From the NCBI GenBank assembly GCA_002841865.1, contig PHBD01000009.1:55911-119910 (forward strand): a DNA stretch of 64,000 nucleotides, written 5' to 3'. Numbering within the stretch: the stretch's first letter is position 1; every line of letters begins with the position of its first letter. The notes under the pieces are model-generated. The model was not told the DNA's origin. It searched no databases and was given only the letters and a program-made list of their open reading frames with translations. Both the position numbers and the translations under genes were made by a program. Of this stretch, positions 1 through 9,678 are shown piece after piece. The stretch is from Deltaproteobacteria bacterium HGW-Deltaproteobacteria-19. GTDB lineage: Bacteria > Desulfobacterota > Syntrophia > Syntrophales > PHBD01.

Positions 1-77
1 TATCTCGGCTAATCCAGAACTATCTAGATTCCGGCCGGAAACCATGGAGTACCGGGTATGCAGAATACAGAGAGAAG

Positions 78-812
78 ATGATTTCGGAATACCTGAGCAA
101 CGAAGACCTGATTAGCCGATTTCGTTCAAATGGGTTCCTGCCTGAGGAATATGGGAATCGTCTCGATGAGAGGGTGGTCGAATTCCCCTGGGTTCTGTCC
201 CGCCTGGACTTCTCTGAGTCGGTGCTGCTGGATGCCGGATCCGCGTTGAACTTTCCCTGTTTGACAACCCACCGGGCATTAATCCAGAAGCAAATCGTTA
301 TTTATACCCTGTCGCCGGAGGAGGTCATCCGCGATGCTCGCATATCATATGTATATGGTGATTTGCGGCGAACACTTTTCCGGGACGAGTGCTTCGATGA
401 GATTGTTAGTATCTCGACCCTGGAGCACATCGGCATGGACAATACTTTGCTGTATTCAGGTGATTCGCGATTCAACGAGAAGCGTCCGGAGGATTATCTG
501 CTGGCGGTGCAGGAATTCCGGCGGCTTTTGAAACCGGGTGGCCGTCTTTTCATCACCGTGCCATATGGAGTCTACGAGAATCACGGCTGGTTGCAGCAGT
601 TCGACCGGGCGATGGTGGAGAGGGTGCGTCGGGTTTTTGATGGCAGCAGAGCGGAGGTCACCTATTACCGCTACAACGAGGACGGCTGGAACGTCTCCAC
701 AGCAGAGGCCTGCGCGGACTGCCGGTATTTCGATATCCACCGAAAGTCCGGTTACGACCCGGATTACGCCGCGGCGGCCCGGGCCGTCGCCTGCCTGGAA
801 CTGGTGAAATAG
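78..812 (+). CDS. class I SAM-dependent methyltransferase
   Basis: 244-aa ORF. 'VLLDAGSALNF' (motif I-like) and 'LKPGGRLFITVP' fit Methyltransf_11-type enzymes. First gene of the co-directional glycan locus. Confidence 0.7.
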   Translation: MISEYLSNEDLISRFRSNGFLPEEYGNRLDERVVEFPWVLSRLDFSESVLLDAGSALNFPCLTTHRALIQKQIVIYTLSPEEVIRDARISYVYGDLRRTLFRDECFDEIVSISTLEHIGMDNTLLYSGDSRFNEKRPEDYLLAVQEFRRLLKPGGRLFITVPYGVYENHGWLQQFDRAMVERVRRVFDGSRAEVTYYRYNEDGWNVSTAEACADCRYFDIHRKSGYDPDYAAAARAVACLELVK

Positions 813-818
813 GTCATC

Positions 819-1949
819 ATGCAGGGTCCTCTTCATCTCGTCGTTGACGGCATCATCTACCAGTCCCAGTCCACGGGAGGGATCTCCCGGCTGTTCACGG
901 AGATCCTGCCCCGCATGTGTACCCAGGACGAATCCGTTGACATGACCCTGTTCGTTGTGGGGAACAGCAGCCAGGCGCTGCCGGTGCATCCGCGGATCCA
1001 CCCGTTGCAGATCCCCGATCCGCAGCCGTTTCTCCGTCCGTCCTTCCTTTGGCGCTCCCTGGAGGAGCCCGCGCGGAAGGCCATGCTTCGGCTCCGGCTG
1101 GGCACCGGCCGCGGAAAGATCTGGCACTCCACGTACTTCTCGGAACCGGGACGCTGGGAGGGGAGGAAGGTCTTCACCGTTGCGGACATGATCCACGAGA
1201 GATATCCGGAGCTGTTCGGAGGGCCCGGCGGGGATGCCTTCCGGGCCTTGCGGAAACGCTGCGTTCTCTCGGCCGACGCCGTCCTCTGCATCTCCGAGGC
1301 GACCCGGAACGACGTCCGGGAGATCTACGACTGGGACTCCGACCGGCTCCACGTGGTTCACCTGGCCTGCAGTGATTTCTTCCGCCTCCTTGGAGAAGAC
1401 GAGTCGGCTGACGGCCGTCCCGGGGAGAAACACTTTCTCCTCTACGTAGGTTCCCGAGCTCACTACAAGAACTTCGACAGACTCCTCCGGGCCTACAGCC
1501 ATTGGCCGATGAGGCGGGACGTGACGCTCCTCGTCGTCGGACCTCCCTGGACGCCCGGCGAGGCCGAATCATTGCGGGTGCTGGGCATCTCCGATCATGT
1601 GCGCCTGCTCACAGATGTCGATGATGATGCCCTGTGCAGGCTCTACAACCGGGCCGGCGCTTTTCTCTACCCGTCCCTTTACGAGGGCTTCGGCATTCCC
1701 CTGCTGGAGGCCATGGCCTGCGGGTGTCCCGTGGTGGCTTCCCGGATCGCAACGACGGTGGAAGTAGCGGGAGAATGTCCCATCTATTTCGAACCTCTCG
1801 ACGGGGATTCCCTGCTGTCCGCCCTGGATCAGGTGATGAACGAAGGGCGGACCTCTCCCCGCACCCGTACCGGCCTCGCCCATGCCGGAGGGTATTCCTG
1901 GGACCGGACGGCCGCGGAAACGCTGCGCGTTTATCGGGGCCTCCAATGA
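819..1949 (+). CDS. glycosyltransferase family 4 (GT-B fold)
   Basis: 376-aa ORF. C-terminal 'YPSLYEGFGIPLLEAMACGCPVVAS' is the canonical E-x7-E region of retaining GT4 enzymes. Confidence 0.85.
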   Translation: MQGPLHLVVDGIIYQSQSTGGISRLFTEILPRMCTQDESVDMTLFVVGNSSQALPVHPRIHPLQIPDPQPFLRPSFLWRSLEEPARKAMLRLRLGTGRGKIWHSTYFSEPGRWEGRKVFTVADMIHERYPELFGGPGGDAFRALRKRCVLSADAVLCISEATRNDVREIYDWDSDRLHVVHLACSDFFRLLGEDESADGRPGEKHFLLYVGSRAHYKNFDRLLRAYSHWPMRRDVTLLVVGPPWTPGEAESLRVLGISDHVRLLTDVDDDALCRLYNRAGAFLYPSLYEGFGIPLLEAMACGCPVVASRIATTVEVAGECPIYFEPLDGDSLLSALDQVMNEGRTSPRTRTGLAHAGGYSWDRTAAETLRVYRGLQ

Positions 1950-1983
1950 CGGCCGGACAGCGACGCCCCATGGGTTCTCCGCA

Positions 1984-2961
1984 ATGAAAAAAGCATTGAT
2001 CACCGGCATCACCGGACAGGATGGGGCCTACCTGTCCCGGTTCCTGCTGGACAAAGGGTATCAGGTCCATGGCCTGGTGACCGATTACGACCGCTCGCAG
2101 CTGGCCAATCTGAAGCAGGTCGGCGTTCTGGACAGCGTCTCGCTTGTGTCCGGTGACCTCATGGACTTGGCACAGTTAAAGGGTCTGCTGGAGGAACTTC
2201 GGCCGGATGAGATGTATCACCTGGCGGCCCAGAGTTCCGTTGCCCAGTCTTTTCAGACCCCTGTCGATACGGTTACGTTCAACATCCAGAGCACCCAGCA
2301 TCTGCTGGAGTCGATCCGCACCCTGGCCCTTCCTGCCCGGTTCTATCAGGCCTCCTCCAGCGAGATGTATGGCCGGGTCAAAACCCTGCCGGTCGTCGAA
2401 GAATCGGTCTTCCATCCCGTCAGCCCTTACGCCATCTCCAAGGCGGCGGGCCACTGGCTGGCCGTCAATTACCGGGAGGCCTACGGGCTCTTCTGCTGCT
2501 GCGGCATCCTCTTCAACCATGAATCGGTGCTTCGGCCCCCCAACTACGTGACCAAGAAGATCGTTTCCGCGGCGGTCCGTATTTCGCGGGGCTCCCGCGA
2601 AAAGCTGACTCTCGGAAACGTGGAGATCCGCCGGGACTGGGGTTATGCTCCGGAGTACGTAAAAACCATGTGGCTCATGCTCCAGCAGGACGAGCCGGAC
2701 GAATACGTCATTGCCACGAGCGAGGCCCACAGCCTGCGAAGCTTTGCCGCCGCCGCCTTTTCCTGCCTCGAACTGGACTGGGAGGAGCACACCATTATTG
2801 ACCGAACCCTCCTCCGGCCGTCGGACATCGACCTGATCTATGGCAATCCCGCCAAGGCCAGGAACAGGTTGGGCTGGGAATACGACATGACCTTCGATCA
2901 ACTCGTCCGGCGGCTTGTGGAAGAGGAAATGGCCCACCAGGAAGAGATTCAGTCGGGTTGA
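1984..2961 (+). CDS. gmd: GDP-mannose 4,6-dehydratase
   Basis: 'MKKALITGITGQDGAYLSRFLLDKGYQVHG' Rossmann N-terminus and the 'GILFNHES' motif are typical of Gmd. Start placed at ATG 1984, in frame with the ORF that opens at 1882. Confidence 0.85.
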   Translation: MKKALITGITGQDGAYLSRFLLDKGYQVHGLVTDYDRSQLANLKQVGVLDSVSLVSGDLMDLAQLKGLLEELRPDEMYHLAAQSSVAQSFQTPVDTVTFNIQSTQHLLESIRTLALPARFYQASSSEMYGRVKTLPVVEESVFHPVSPYAISKAAGHWLAVNYREAYGLFCCCGILFNHESVLRPPNYVTKKIVSAAVRISRGSREKLTLGNVEIRRDWGYAPEYVKTMWLMLQQDEPDEYVIATSEAHSLRSFAAAAFSCLELDWEEHTIIDRTLLRPSDIDLIYGNPAKARNRLGWEYDMTFDQLVRRLVEEEMAHQEEIQSG

Positions 2962-4181
2962 TGCCGACCGCCATGGGAGAAATCGCTTTAACGCCCCTCG
3001 TTCAGGTCCTGCCCCCGCCTCCCCCGGGCCGGTCGGGCTGGCCATGGACGGAGGGATGCCCGGCCCTTCCGCCGTGTCTGCCGGACGGTTCTCCCTGGCC
3101 CCGGATCAGCGTTGTGACACCCTCCTTCAACCAGGCCGCCTTCCTGGAAGAGACGATCCGCTCGGTCCTCCTGCAAGGGTATCCGAACCTGGAACACATC
3201 ATCGTCGACGGGGGCAGCACTGACGGCAGCATTGACATCATCCGCCGGTACGGGCCGTGGCTGGCCTGCTGGATCAGCGAGTCCGATGCGGGCCAGACCG
3301 ATGCGATCCGGAAGGGAGTGCGGCAGTCGTCCGGCGAGATCCTGGCGTGGCTGAACTCGGACGACCTGTATTGCCCGGATGCCTTGCGGACCGCCGGGTC
3401 TTTTCTGGCTGCGAATCCGGGGACGGGGCTCCTTTACGGCGACTGCGAGATGATCGACGAAGAAGGGTGCGTGACGGGCCGCTTCTCCGTCCGGCAGGGA
3501 GACCTGGCCGCGCTGCTCGGCGAGAACTACATTGCCCAGCCCAGCGCCTTCTGCCGCCGTGATGCCTGGGAGGCCGTCGGGGGGCCCGATCCTGCCCTTC
3601 AGTACGTAATGGACTACGACCTCTGGATCCGGCAGCTCCTGAACGGTGTCCGGGCCTCCTATCTGCCGTCGGTTCTCTCCCGTTTTCGTTACCATGCCGT
3701 GTCTAAGTCTGGCGTTCTTTCCGTGGAATTCGGCTACGAGCTCCTGGACGTCCTGGACAGGATTTCCGCCTCCTGCCAGGACCCGTCGGTCCGCCGGGCG
3801 CTGCTGGAAGCCTACTCCCGGGCGTTCCGGACGATCCTTTCCCTTCACGAGCAGACGTCCTCCGATGAGCATCGCCTCCGCGAGGATTGGCTCCGGGTCT
3901 TGAAACGCTGGTCCGATCACCTGGAGGATCGCCGGGAAGAGTACCGGCCCTTCGGCCCGCTGCTGGCAGACGGGTATTACGCCATCGGGAAGCATTACTG
4001 CCTGCTGGGGCGTATGGAGGAGGGAAGATCCTGTCTCCGGAAAGCCAGGGAAGTCGGTGGAAAGGCCTTCAACCGGGTCCTGCCGGCGCGGCTTGCCGCA
4101 TCCCTGGGTGCTCGTTCCTTCCGCTGGTATCATGAAGGCTGCATGGCTTTTTCCCGGGTCCTGACGACTGGCAAGTCCTGA
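2961..4181 (+). CDS. glycosyltransferase family 2
   Basis: 'ISVVTPSFNQAAFLEETIRSVLLQGYPNLEHIIVDGGSTDGS' is a GT-A N-terminus, followed by the DxD-like 'NSDD'. Start ambiguous (TTG 2958, ATG 2961 or ATG 2973) and overlaps the gmd stop. Confidence 0.8.
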   Translation: MPTAMGEIALTPLVQVLPPPPPGRSGWPWTEGCPALPPCLPDGSPWPRISVVTPSFNQAAFLEETIRSVLLQGYPNLEHIIVDGGSTDGSIDIIRRYGPWLACWISESDAGQTDAIRKGVRQSSGEILAWLNSDDLYCPDALRTAGSFLAANPGTGLLYGDCEMIDEEGCVTGRFSVRQGDLAALLGENYIAQPSAFCRRDAWEAVGGPDPALQYVMDYDLWIRQLLNGVRASYLPSVLSRFRYHAVSKSGVLSVEFGYELLDVLDRISASCQDPSVRRALLEAYSRAFRTILSLHEQTSSDEHRLREDWLRVLKRWSDHLEDRREEYRPFGPLLADGYYAIGKHYCLLGRMEEGRSCLRKAREVGGKAFNRVLPARLAASLGARSFRWYHEGCMAFSRVLTTGKS

Positions 4182-5437
4182 TGGGCAAGCGCGTTCTCCT
4201 CTGTGCCGAGTGGTATGCCCCCAGCGTCGGTGGCGTTCAGAAAGTGGTCCGGGAACTCGGCGAAGGACTGGTGCGGCGCGGCCATGATGTAACGGTGGCG
4301 ACAACGAGCATCGACGGCCGCCCGGGTACATTGCCGGGCGGGGTTGCTGTCCGGGGCTTCGATGTCTCCGGCAACCTGGTGGAGGGGATCCGGGGGGATG
4401 CGGAGGCATACCGGCGGTTCGTTCTCGACGGCGGATTCGACGCGATGCTCGTCTATGCCGCCCAGCAGTGGACATTCGATGCCCTCTGGCCGATTCACGA
4501 CCGGATCCGGGCCCGCAAAGTCCATGTCCCCTGCGGGTATTCCTGCCTCTACGAACCGGGTTACAACGAATACTACCGCCGGATGCCGGAGGTCCTGCGG
4601 GAGTTCGACCACCTGGTGTTCAACGCCACGGATTATCGGGATATCCAGTTTGCCAGGGAAAACGGTCTGGAGCGGTTTTCCGTCCTTCCGAACGGGGCCA
4701 GCGAGAGGGAATTCGCCGTCAGCCCCGTTCCGGACCTGCGGCAGCGGCTCGGCATCGCTCCCGAAGCCTTCGTTCTCCTCTCCGTGGGTTCGCCGCCTTT
4801 TGCCAAGGGGCATGCCGAGGTGGCCCAGGCCTATGCCCGGGCCTCTTTTCCCTTTCCCACGTGTCTCGTTCTCGACGGCCGCTACGAGCGGCGGTACCAT
4901 CCCCCGGCCCAGAACCGGAGAGACCGGGTCCGGCTGCACCTGCGGGGCGTCCTGAAAAGGATCCTTCTCGGACGGGAAAACCCGGCGCAACAGCTCCTGC
5001 TGGCCTGTCAGTCCATCCGCCGGCAACGGGGGAAACAGGTGGTATTCACCGACCTCCCCCGGGAGGAAATGGTTGCCGCTTTCTTCGCGGCGGACCTGTT
5101 CGTCTTCGCGTCCCGGGTCGAATATTCCCCCCTGGTCCTCTTCGAGGCCGCCGCTGCGGGACTGCCGTTTCTCACGGTACCCGCCGGCAACGCCGACGAG
5201 ATCGCAAAATGGACCGGGGCCGGGGAGATCGTCCCCGCAGAACGGGACCGGGTTGGAAACACGCGGGTCTCCGTGGACGTCCTCTCACGGGCCATGGCCG
5301 GCCTGGCGACGGACAGGGAGAGGCTTGAAACGCTCGGACGGCAGGGACGGGAAACCTGGCGGCGTAACTACACGTGGGAAACAATCGTCGGGCGCTATGA
5401 AGAAATCCTGTGTCCCGCCGATCCGGGGAGGCATTAA
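4181..5437 (+). CDS. glycosyltransferase family 4
   Basis: 418-aa ORF. N-terminal 'VLLCAEWYAPSVGGVQKVVRELGEGLVRRGHDVTV' and C-terminal 'ASRVEYSPLVLFEAAAAGLPFLT' fit GT-B/GT4. The ATG overlaps the upstream stop by 1 nt. Confidence 0.75.
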   Translation: MGKRVLLCAEWYAPSVGGVQKVVRELGEGLVRRGHDVTVATTSIDGRPGTLPGGVAVRGFDVSGNLVEGIRGDAEAYRRFVLDGGFDAMLVYAAQQWTFDALWPIHDRIRARKVHVPCGYSCLYEPGYNEYYRRMPEVLREFDHLVFNATDYRDIQFARENGLERFSVLPNGASEREFAVSPVPDLRQRLGIAPEAFVLLSVGSPPFAKGHAEVAQAYARASFPFPTCLVLDGRYERRYHPPAQNRRDRVRLHLRGVLKRILLGRENPAQQLLLACQSIRRQRGKQVVFTDLPREEMVAAFFAADLFVFASRVEYSPLVLFEAAAAGLPFLTVPAGNADEIAKWTGAGEIVPAERDRVGNTRVSVDVLSRAMAGLATDRERLETLGRQGRETWRRNYTWETIVGRYEEILCPADPGRH

Positions 5438-5446
5438 GAGGAAACC

Positions 5447-6169
5447 ATGAAGATTCTTGTCATGTGCGGGGGGCGCGGCCGGCGCCTGGGGAAGCTTACG
5501 GACCGGGTTCCCAAGCCCCTGGTCTGCCTCAACGGGAAGACCATCCTGGAGCTCAAGATCGAGGAATACCTGCGGCAGGGCTGCCGGGATTTCATCTTCT
5601 GTACCGGATACCGCGGGGATCTCATCCGGGAGGCGGTCCGGCGGTATGAGGACCGGATCGACGCCGTCTTCTCCGATGCCGGGGAGGAGTCGGGCATCCT
5701 GGAGCGCCTCTGCCAGGCCCGGGAGCTGTTCGACGATCAGGTCTTCATGACCTATGGAGACACCTTCACGAACCTGTCTCTGACCAGACTGTTCGCTTTC
5801 CACGAGGAGGGCGGCCATGAAGCCACGCTGGTGACTGCCTCCATCCAGAACCCCTTCGGGCTTGTGGAGTTTGACGGCCGCAACCGGGTGACCAGCTTCC
5901 GGGAGAAGCCGGTCCTCAAGTACTACATCGGTCATGCGGTGATCCGGAAATCGGCCCTCCGGTTCGTGCCCGACGAGATCCGGCGCATGAGAGACGGGGA
6001 GGGCCTGGTGGCCTTTTTCAAGATCCTGATGGCCATGGAAAAGCTCGGGGCTTATGAACACACGGGACTGGAGATCAGTTTCAACACCCCCGACGAGCTG
6101 AAAATGGCGGAAGAGAAACTCTGTCAATTCTATACGATGTCCGAGGTGGAGGATGGTCTGGAAGGATAA
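5447..6169 (+). CDS. sugar-1-phosphate nucleotidyltransferase (RfbF/RmlA-like)
   Basis: 'MKILVMCGGRGRRLGKLTDRVPKPLV' is the G-x-G-x-R-L nucleotidyltransferase signature. 240 aa. Confidence 0.8.
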   Translation: MKILVMCGGRGRRLGKLTDRVPKPLVCLNGKTILELKIEEYLRQGCRDFIFCTGYRGDLIREAVRRYEDRIDAVFSDAGEESGILERLCQARELFDDQVFMTYGDTFTNLSLTRLFAFHEEGGHEATLVTASIQNPFGLVEFDGRNRVTSFREKPVLKYYIGHAVIRKSALRFVPDEIRRMRDGEGLVAFFKILMAMEKLGAYEHTGLEISFNTPDELKMAEEKLCQFYTMSEVEDGLEG

Positions 6170-7133
6170 GCGGGTTCTGGTGACGGGGGGGGCCGGGTTC
6201 ATCGGCTCCCATTTGACGAAGCGGCTGGTCCGGCTGGGAGCCCGGGTCTCGGTCCTGGTAAAATACCGGAGCATCATCGACAATGTCCGCTTGAGCCCGG
6301 TCTGGGACGACATCCACGTTCTCGAGGGGGATCTCAGGAACATCGATTCCCTCAGGCAGTTCCGCGATCAGTCGTATGACACGGTCTTTCACCTCGCGGC
6401 TTACAACCACGTTGGGGACAGCTTCCTGCACGTGAACGAGGCCCTCCTGTCCAATGCTGTAGCAACGGCCAACCTGCTGGAGTTCGCCCCCGAATTCGGA
6501 CGGTTCGTCTACATCTCCTCCTCGGAAGTCTATGGCTACCAGACGGCGGTTCCCTTCTCAGAGGGATTCACGCCGTTTCCCATCTCGCCGTACGCCATCG
6601 GCAAATATGCGGGGGAGCTCTATGCCCGGATGAAGCGGCACGTCACAAACCAGCCCATCGTCTGCGTGCGGCCCTTCAATACGTTCGGTCCCTACCAGAG
6701 CGAACGGGCCGTGATCCCCGAGCTGATCGTCCGCTGCTTGCGGGGGCTCCCCGTGGAGACCACGGAGGGCATCCAGACGCGGGAGTTCAACTATGTGGAC
6801 AACATCATCGACGCCTTTGTGATGGTTGCCGGCATGTCGGCCCCTCCCGCGGACCAGGTCGTCAACATCGGCTCCAACCGGGAGATCGCCATCCGGGATC
6901 TGGTCCGCCGGATCCATGAGGCAACGGGCTCGAAGTCGGAGCTCCGGATCGGCCATCTCCCGAACCGCCCCACGGAGATCTGGCGCATGTGCGCGGACAA
7001 CGAGCGGGCCGTAGAGTTGCTCGGCTGGACGCCCCAGGTAACCTTCGAAGAGGGGCTGGAGCGCACGGTTGCCTGGCATCGGCGGTATCTGGACGTGTTC
7101 CATCAGCCCCGGTCCGCCCTCAACGAGCTGTGA
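6153..7133 (+). CDS. NAD-dependent epimerase/dehydratase (extended SDR)
   Basis: 'VLVTGGAGFIGSHL' Rossmann motif and 'SPYAIGKYAGE' (YxxxK). Overlaps the upstream gene by 17 nt. Confidence 0.8.
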   Translation: MVWKDKRVLVTGGAGFIGSHLTKRLVRLGARVSVLVKYRSIIDNVRLSPVWDDIHVLEGDLRNIDSLRQFRDQSYDTVFHLAAYNHVGDSFLHVNEALLSNAVATANLLEFAPEFGRFVYISSSEVYGYQTAVPFSEGFTPFPISPYAIGKYAGELYARMKRHVTNQPIVCVRPFNTFGPYQSERAVIPELIVRCLRGLPVETTEGIQTREFNYVDNIIDAFVMVAGMSAPPADQVVNIGSNREIAIRDLVRRIHEATGSKSELRIGHLPNRPTEIWRMCADNERAVELLGWTPQVTFEEGLERTVAWHRRYLDVFHQPRSALNEL

Positions 7134-7149
7134 TGCGGGGGCACCCTTC

Positions 7150-8013
7150 ATGAGGCTCGGGATCACCGGAGCACAGGGATTCATCGGCGGATTCCTCTGC
7201 CGTTTCCTGTCCGGAGAGGGACACGACATGATCCCCCTGGACGGCTTCACCCGCCGCTCTGCGAAGGAAAAAACCCGGGACGATTTTCCCCGCCGGCTGG
7301 ACTGGGTTCTCCATTTCGGCGCCTCCACGTCGATTCCCAGGAGCTTCGAGGATCCTTTCGCCGTATACGCCAACAACACGGAATCCACACTCCTCGCCCT
7401 GGAGATCGCCGGGCTCTCCCGGGCTCCCTTTCTCTTCATGAGTTCCTACGTCTACGGCCGGCCGCAGTACCTCCCCATCGACGAGTCCCACCCTGTCGAG
7501 GCCCTGAATCCCTATATGGGGAGCAAGATCGCCGGCGAGCTGATCAGCCGGCATCTGGGCGGCCTGACTGGCATCCCCGTCGTCGTCCTTCGCGGCTTTC
7601 TGATTTATGGGGACAGCCGGTCGCCGGGACGCCTGATCCCGGATCTGCTGGAGTCGGCGAGAAACGGTGCGCCGTTTGTGCTCAAGGACCCGACGCCTCG
7701 GAGGGACTACCTGTACATCCGTGATTTCGCCGCTCTGGTCCGGGCGATCCTTTCCACGGAGCCCGTGCCGGCGGGAACATACAACGTCGGCGGTGGCGAG
7801 ACCCACAGAAACCTGGATGTGGCCGAGCTCCTCCGGCGGCTTTCCCCGACGCCTTTCGCATTGGAGACCGCTGACATGCCGAGAAGAAACGACGTCGATG
7901 ACATCTCCGTGGACATCCGCCTTGTGAAACGGACATTCGCCTGGGAGCCCCGTTATACCCTCGAGGAGGGACTCCGGGAGCTTCTGTCTGCCGATCGGCA
8001 GAGGGTGCCCTGA
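7150..8013 (+). CDS. NAD-dependent epimerase/dehydratase (extended SDR)
   Basis: 'LGITGAQGFIGGFL' and 'NPYMGSKIAGE' (YxxxK). Start placed at the internal ATG 7150 of the ORF opening at 7069. Confidence 0.75.
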   Translation: MRLGITGAQGFIGGFLCRFLSGEGHDMIPLDGFTRRSAKEKTRDDFPRRLDWVLHFGASTSIPRSFEDPFAVYANNTESTLLALEIAGLSRAPFLFMSSYVYGRPQYLPIDESHPVEALNPYMGSKIAGELISRHLGGLTGIPVVVLRGFLIYGDSRSPGRLIPDLLESARNGAPFVLKDPTPRRDYLYIRDFAALVRAILSTEPVPAGTYNVGGGETHRNLDVAELLRRLSPTPFALETADMPRRNDVDDISVDIRLVKRTFAWEPRYTLEEGLRELLSADRQRVP

Positions 8014-8738
8014 TGGCGGGAAGAGTCGTGAATAGATTCCGGGCCCTGTTGGGCCGTTCCCCGGGAGAAGCCCTGGTGAACGCCACGTGCAGCGAGTTCG
8101 AGGTGAATAAATGGGTCCTGTCGGAATTCGTCCTGCAAGACCTGGTTCCTGTCGTCGGGATTCACCCGTTTCCCCTCGACGAACTGCTGCTGATGGCAGG
8201 CGCCGTGTGCCGCTTCCGTCCCCGGCATGTCTTCGAATGGGGGACGAACATCGGAGCGTCGGCGAGGATTTTCTTCGAGACGGCGCGGCGTTTCTGCCTG
8301 GAGACGGAGATCCATTCCATCGACCTGCCGGACGACGCGGATCACGTGGAGCACCCCCGCAAGCGGCGGGGAATCCTGGTCCGTGGCCGGAAAAGCGTCC
8401 GGCTCTACCAGGGGGACGGCCTGGAGGTCTCCCTTCGCCTCTCACGGGACCTGGACCCGTCGATACCTCTTCTCTTTTTCCTCGACGGGGATCACGCCTA
8501 CGAATCGGTTTTCAGCGAGTTGACGGGCATCATGGAGAAACGGCCCGGTGCGGCCATTCTTGTCCATGACACATTTTATCAGTCTCCCGACTCCGGTTAC
8601 AACACCGGTCCGTGGCGGGCTGTCGAAGACGCCCTCCGGGCTTTTCCACGATGCTATGCCCGCCTTTCGACGCAGACCGGCCTGCCTGGCATGACCCTGC
8701 TCATTCCGGATGCCGCCGGATCGGTCGGGAGGGAATAG
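8013..8738 (+). CDS. putative class I methyltransferase (Methyltransf_24/CmcI-like)
   Basis: 241-aa ORF. 'FEWGTNIGASARIF' and 'LLFFLDGDHAYESV' resemble this methyltransferase fold. The ATG overlaps the upstream stop. Confidence 0.5.
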   Translation: MAGRVVNRFRALLGRSPGEALVNATCSEFEVNKWVLSEFVLQDLVPVVGIHPFPLDELLLMAGAVCRFRPRHVFEWGTNIGASARIFFETARRFCLETEIHSIDLPDDADHVEHPRKRRGILVRGRKSVRLYQGDGLEVSLRLSRDLDPSIPLLFFLDGDHAYESVFSELTGIMEKRPGAAILVHDTFYQSPDSGYNTGPWRAVEDALRAFPRCYARLSTQTGLPGMTLLIPDAAGSVGRE

Positions 8739-8744
8739 CCGGTC

Positions 8745-9626
8745 ATGGTGATCGCGCGCCTGAACGGCGGACTGGGCAACCAGTTGTTCCAGTACGCGGC
8801 GGGCCGGATGCTGGCCGATTACCACCGGACGGAGCTGAAGCTGGACCTCTCGGCCTTTCATGCCGGTCAAGGGCGCACTTATCGTCTGAATCACTTCCGG
8901 ATCCGGGAAAGCGTTGCCGGAGACGATGAAATCGACGCCCTCTGCGGACCACCCCGGACTTCATTCCGGGGGATTGCCTTCCGTCTCCTGCAGAAAATGA
9001 AACCGTATCACCGGCGTTCCATCTTCCAGGAAAGATGTGTCGGCCGCTACGATCCGGACATCCTCAGAACCCCGAAGAGTGTCTACCTCCGAGGCTACTG
9101 GCAGAGCGAAAAGTACTTTCTGCCCGTTGCCGACGCCATCCGGGGAGATATCGTCGGGACGGAGACCCAGGACGCCCGCAGCCGGGACCTGAAGGCGGAA
9201 ATCCTCCGGACCTCCTCCGTGAGCGTCCATGTGCGTCGGGGTGACTACGTGACGGACCCTGCGGCGCGCGAGATCCACAGTCTCTGCGACGATGATTATT
9301 ACCGGCGCTGTGTGCGGTTCCTGGAGGGCAGGGTGGAGGATCTCCGCTGTTTCGTCTTTTCCGACGAGCCCGACTGGGTGCGGCGGAACCTGGACCTGGG
9401 GAGGCCGGCCGTAGTGGTCGATCACAACGGCGGGGAGAAGGACTATGAAGACCTGCTTCTCATGTGCCGGTGCCGTTACCACATCATCGCGAACAGCAGT
9501 TTTAGCTGGTGGGGCGCCTGGCTGTGCGATTTCCAGGACAAAATTGTCCTGGCGCCGCGGAACTGGTTCCGGTCGGGCGCCCTGGATGAGACCGACATCG
9601 TTCCGGATTCCTGGATCAGGATGTAG
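8745..9626 (+). CDS. alpha-1,2-fucosyltransferase (GT11)
   Basis: 'IARLNGGLGNQLFQYAAGR' and 'VHVRRGDY' are the conserved GT11 motifs. 293 aa. Confidence 0.85.
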   Translation: MVIARLNGGLGNQLFQYAAGRMLADYHRTELKLDLSAFHAGQGRTYRLNHFRIRESVAGDDEIDALCGPPRTSFRGIAFRLLQKMKPYHRRSIFQERCVGRYDPDILRTPKSVYLRGYWQSEKYFLPVADAIRGDIVGTETQDARSRDLKAEILRTSSVSVHVRRGDYVTDPAAREIHSLCDDDYYRRCVRFLEGRVEDLRCFVFSDEPDWVRRNLDLGRPAVVVDHNGGEKDYEDLLLMCRCRYHIIANSSFSWWGAWLCDFQDKIVLAPRNWFRSGALDETDIVPDSWIRM

Positions 9627-9678
9627 CAGGGCGGACGGTTTTTCGACTCAGTGGATGAAACAACAAGACAGGAAAGAA

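Noticed and set aside
1-112. Possible 3' end of an upstream gene running into the window start
   Set aside because: Only about 37 codons are visible and there is no recognisable similarity. It overlaps the start of the methyltransferase gene.
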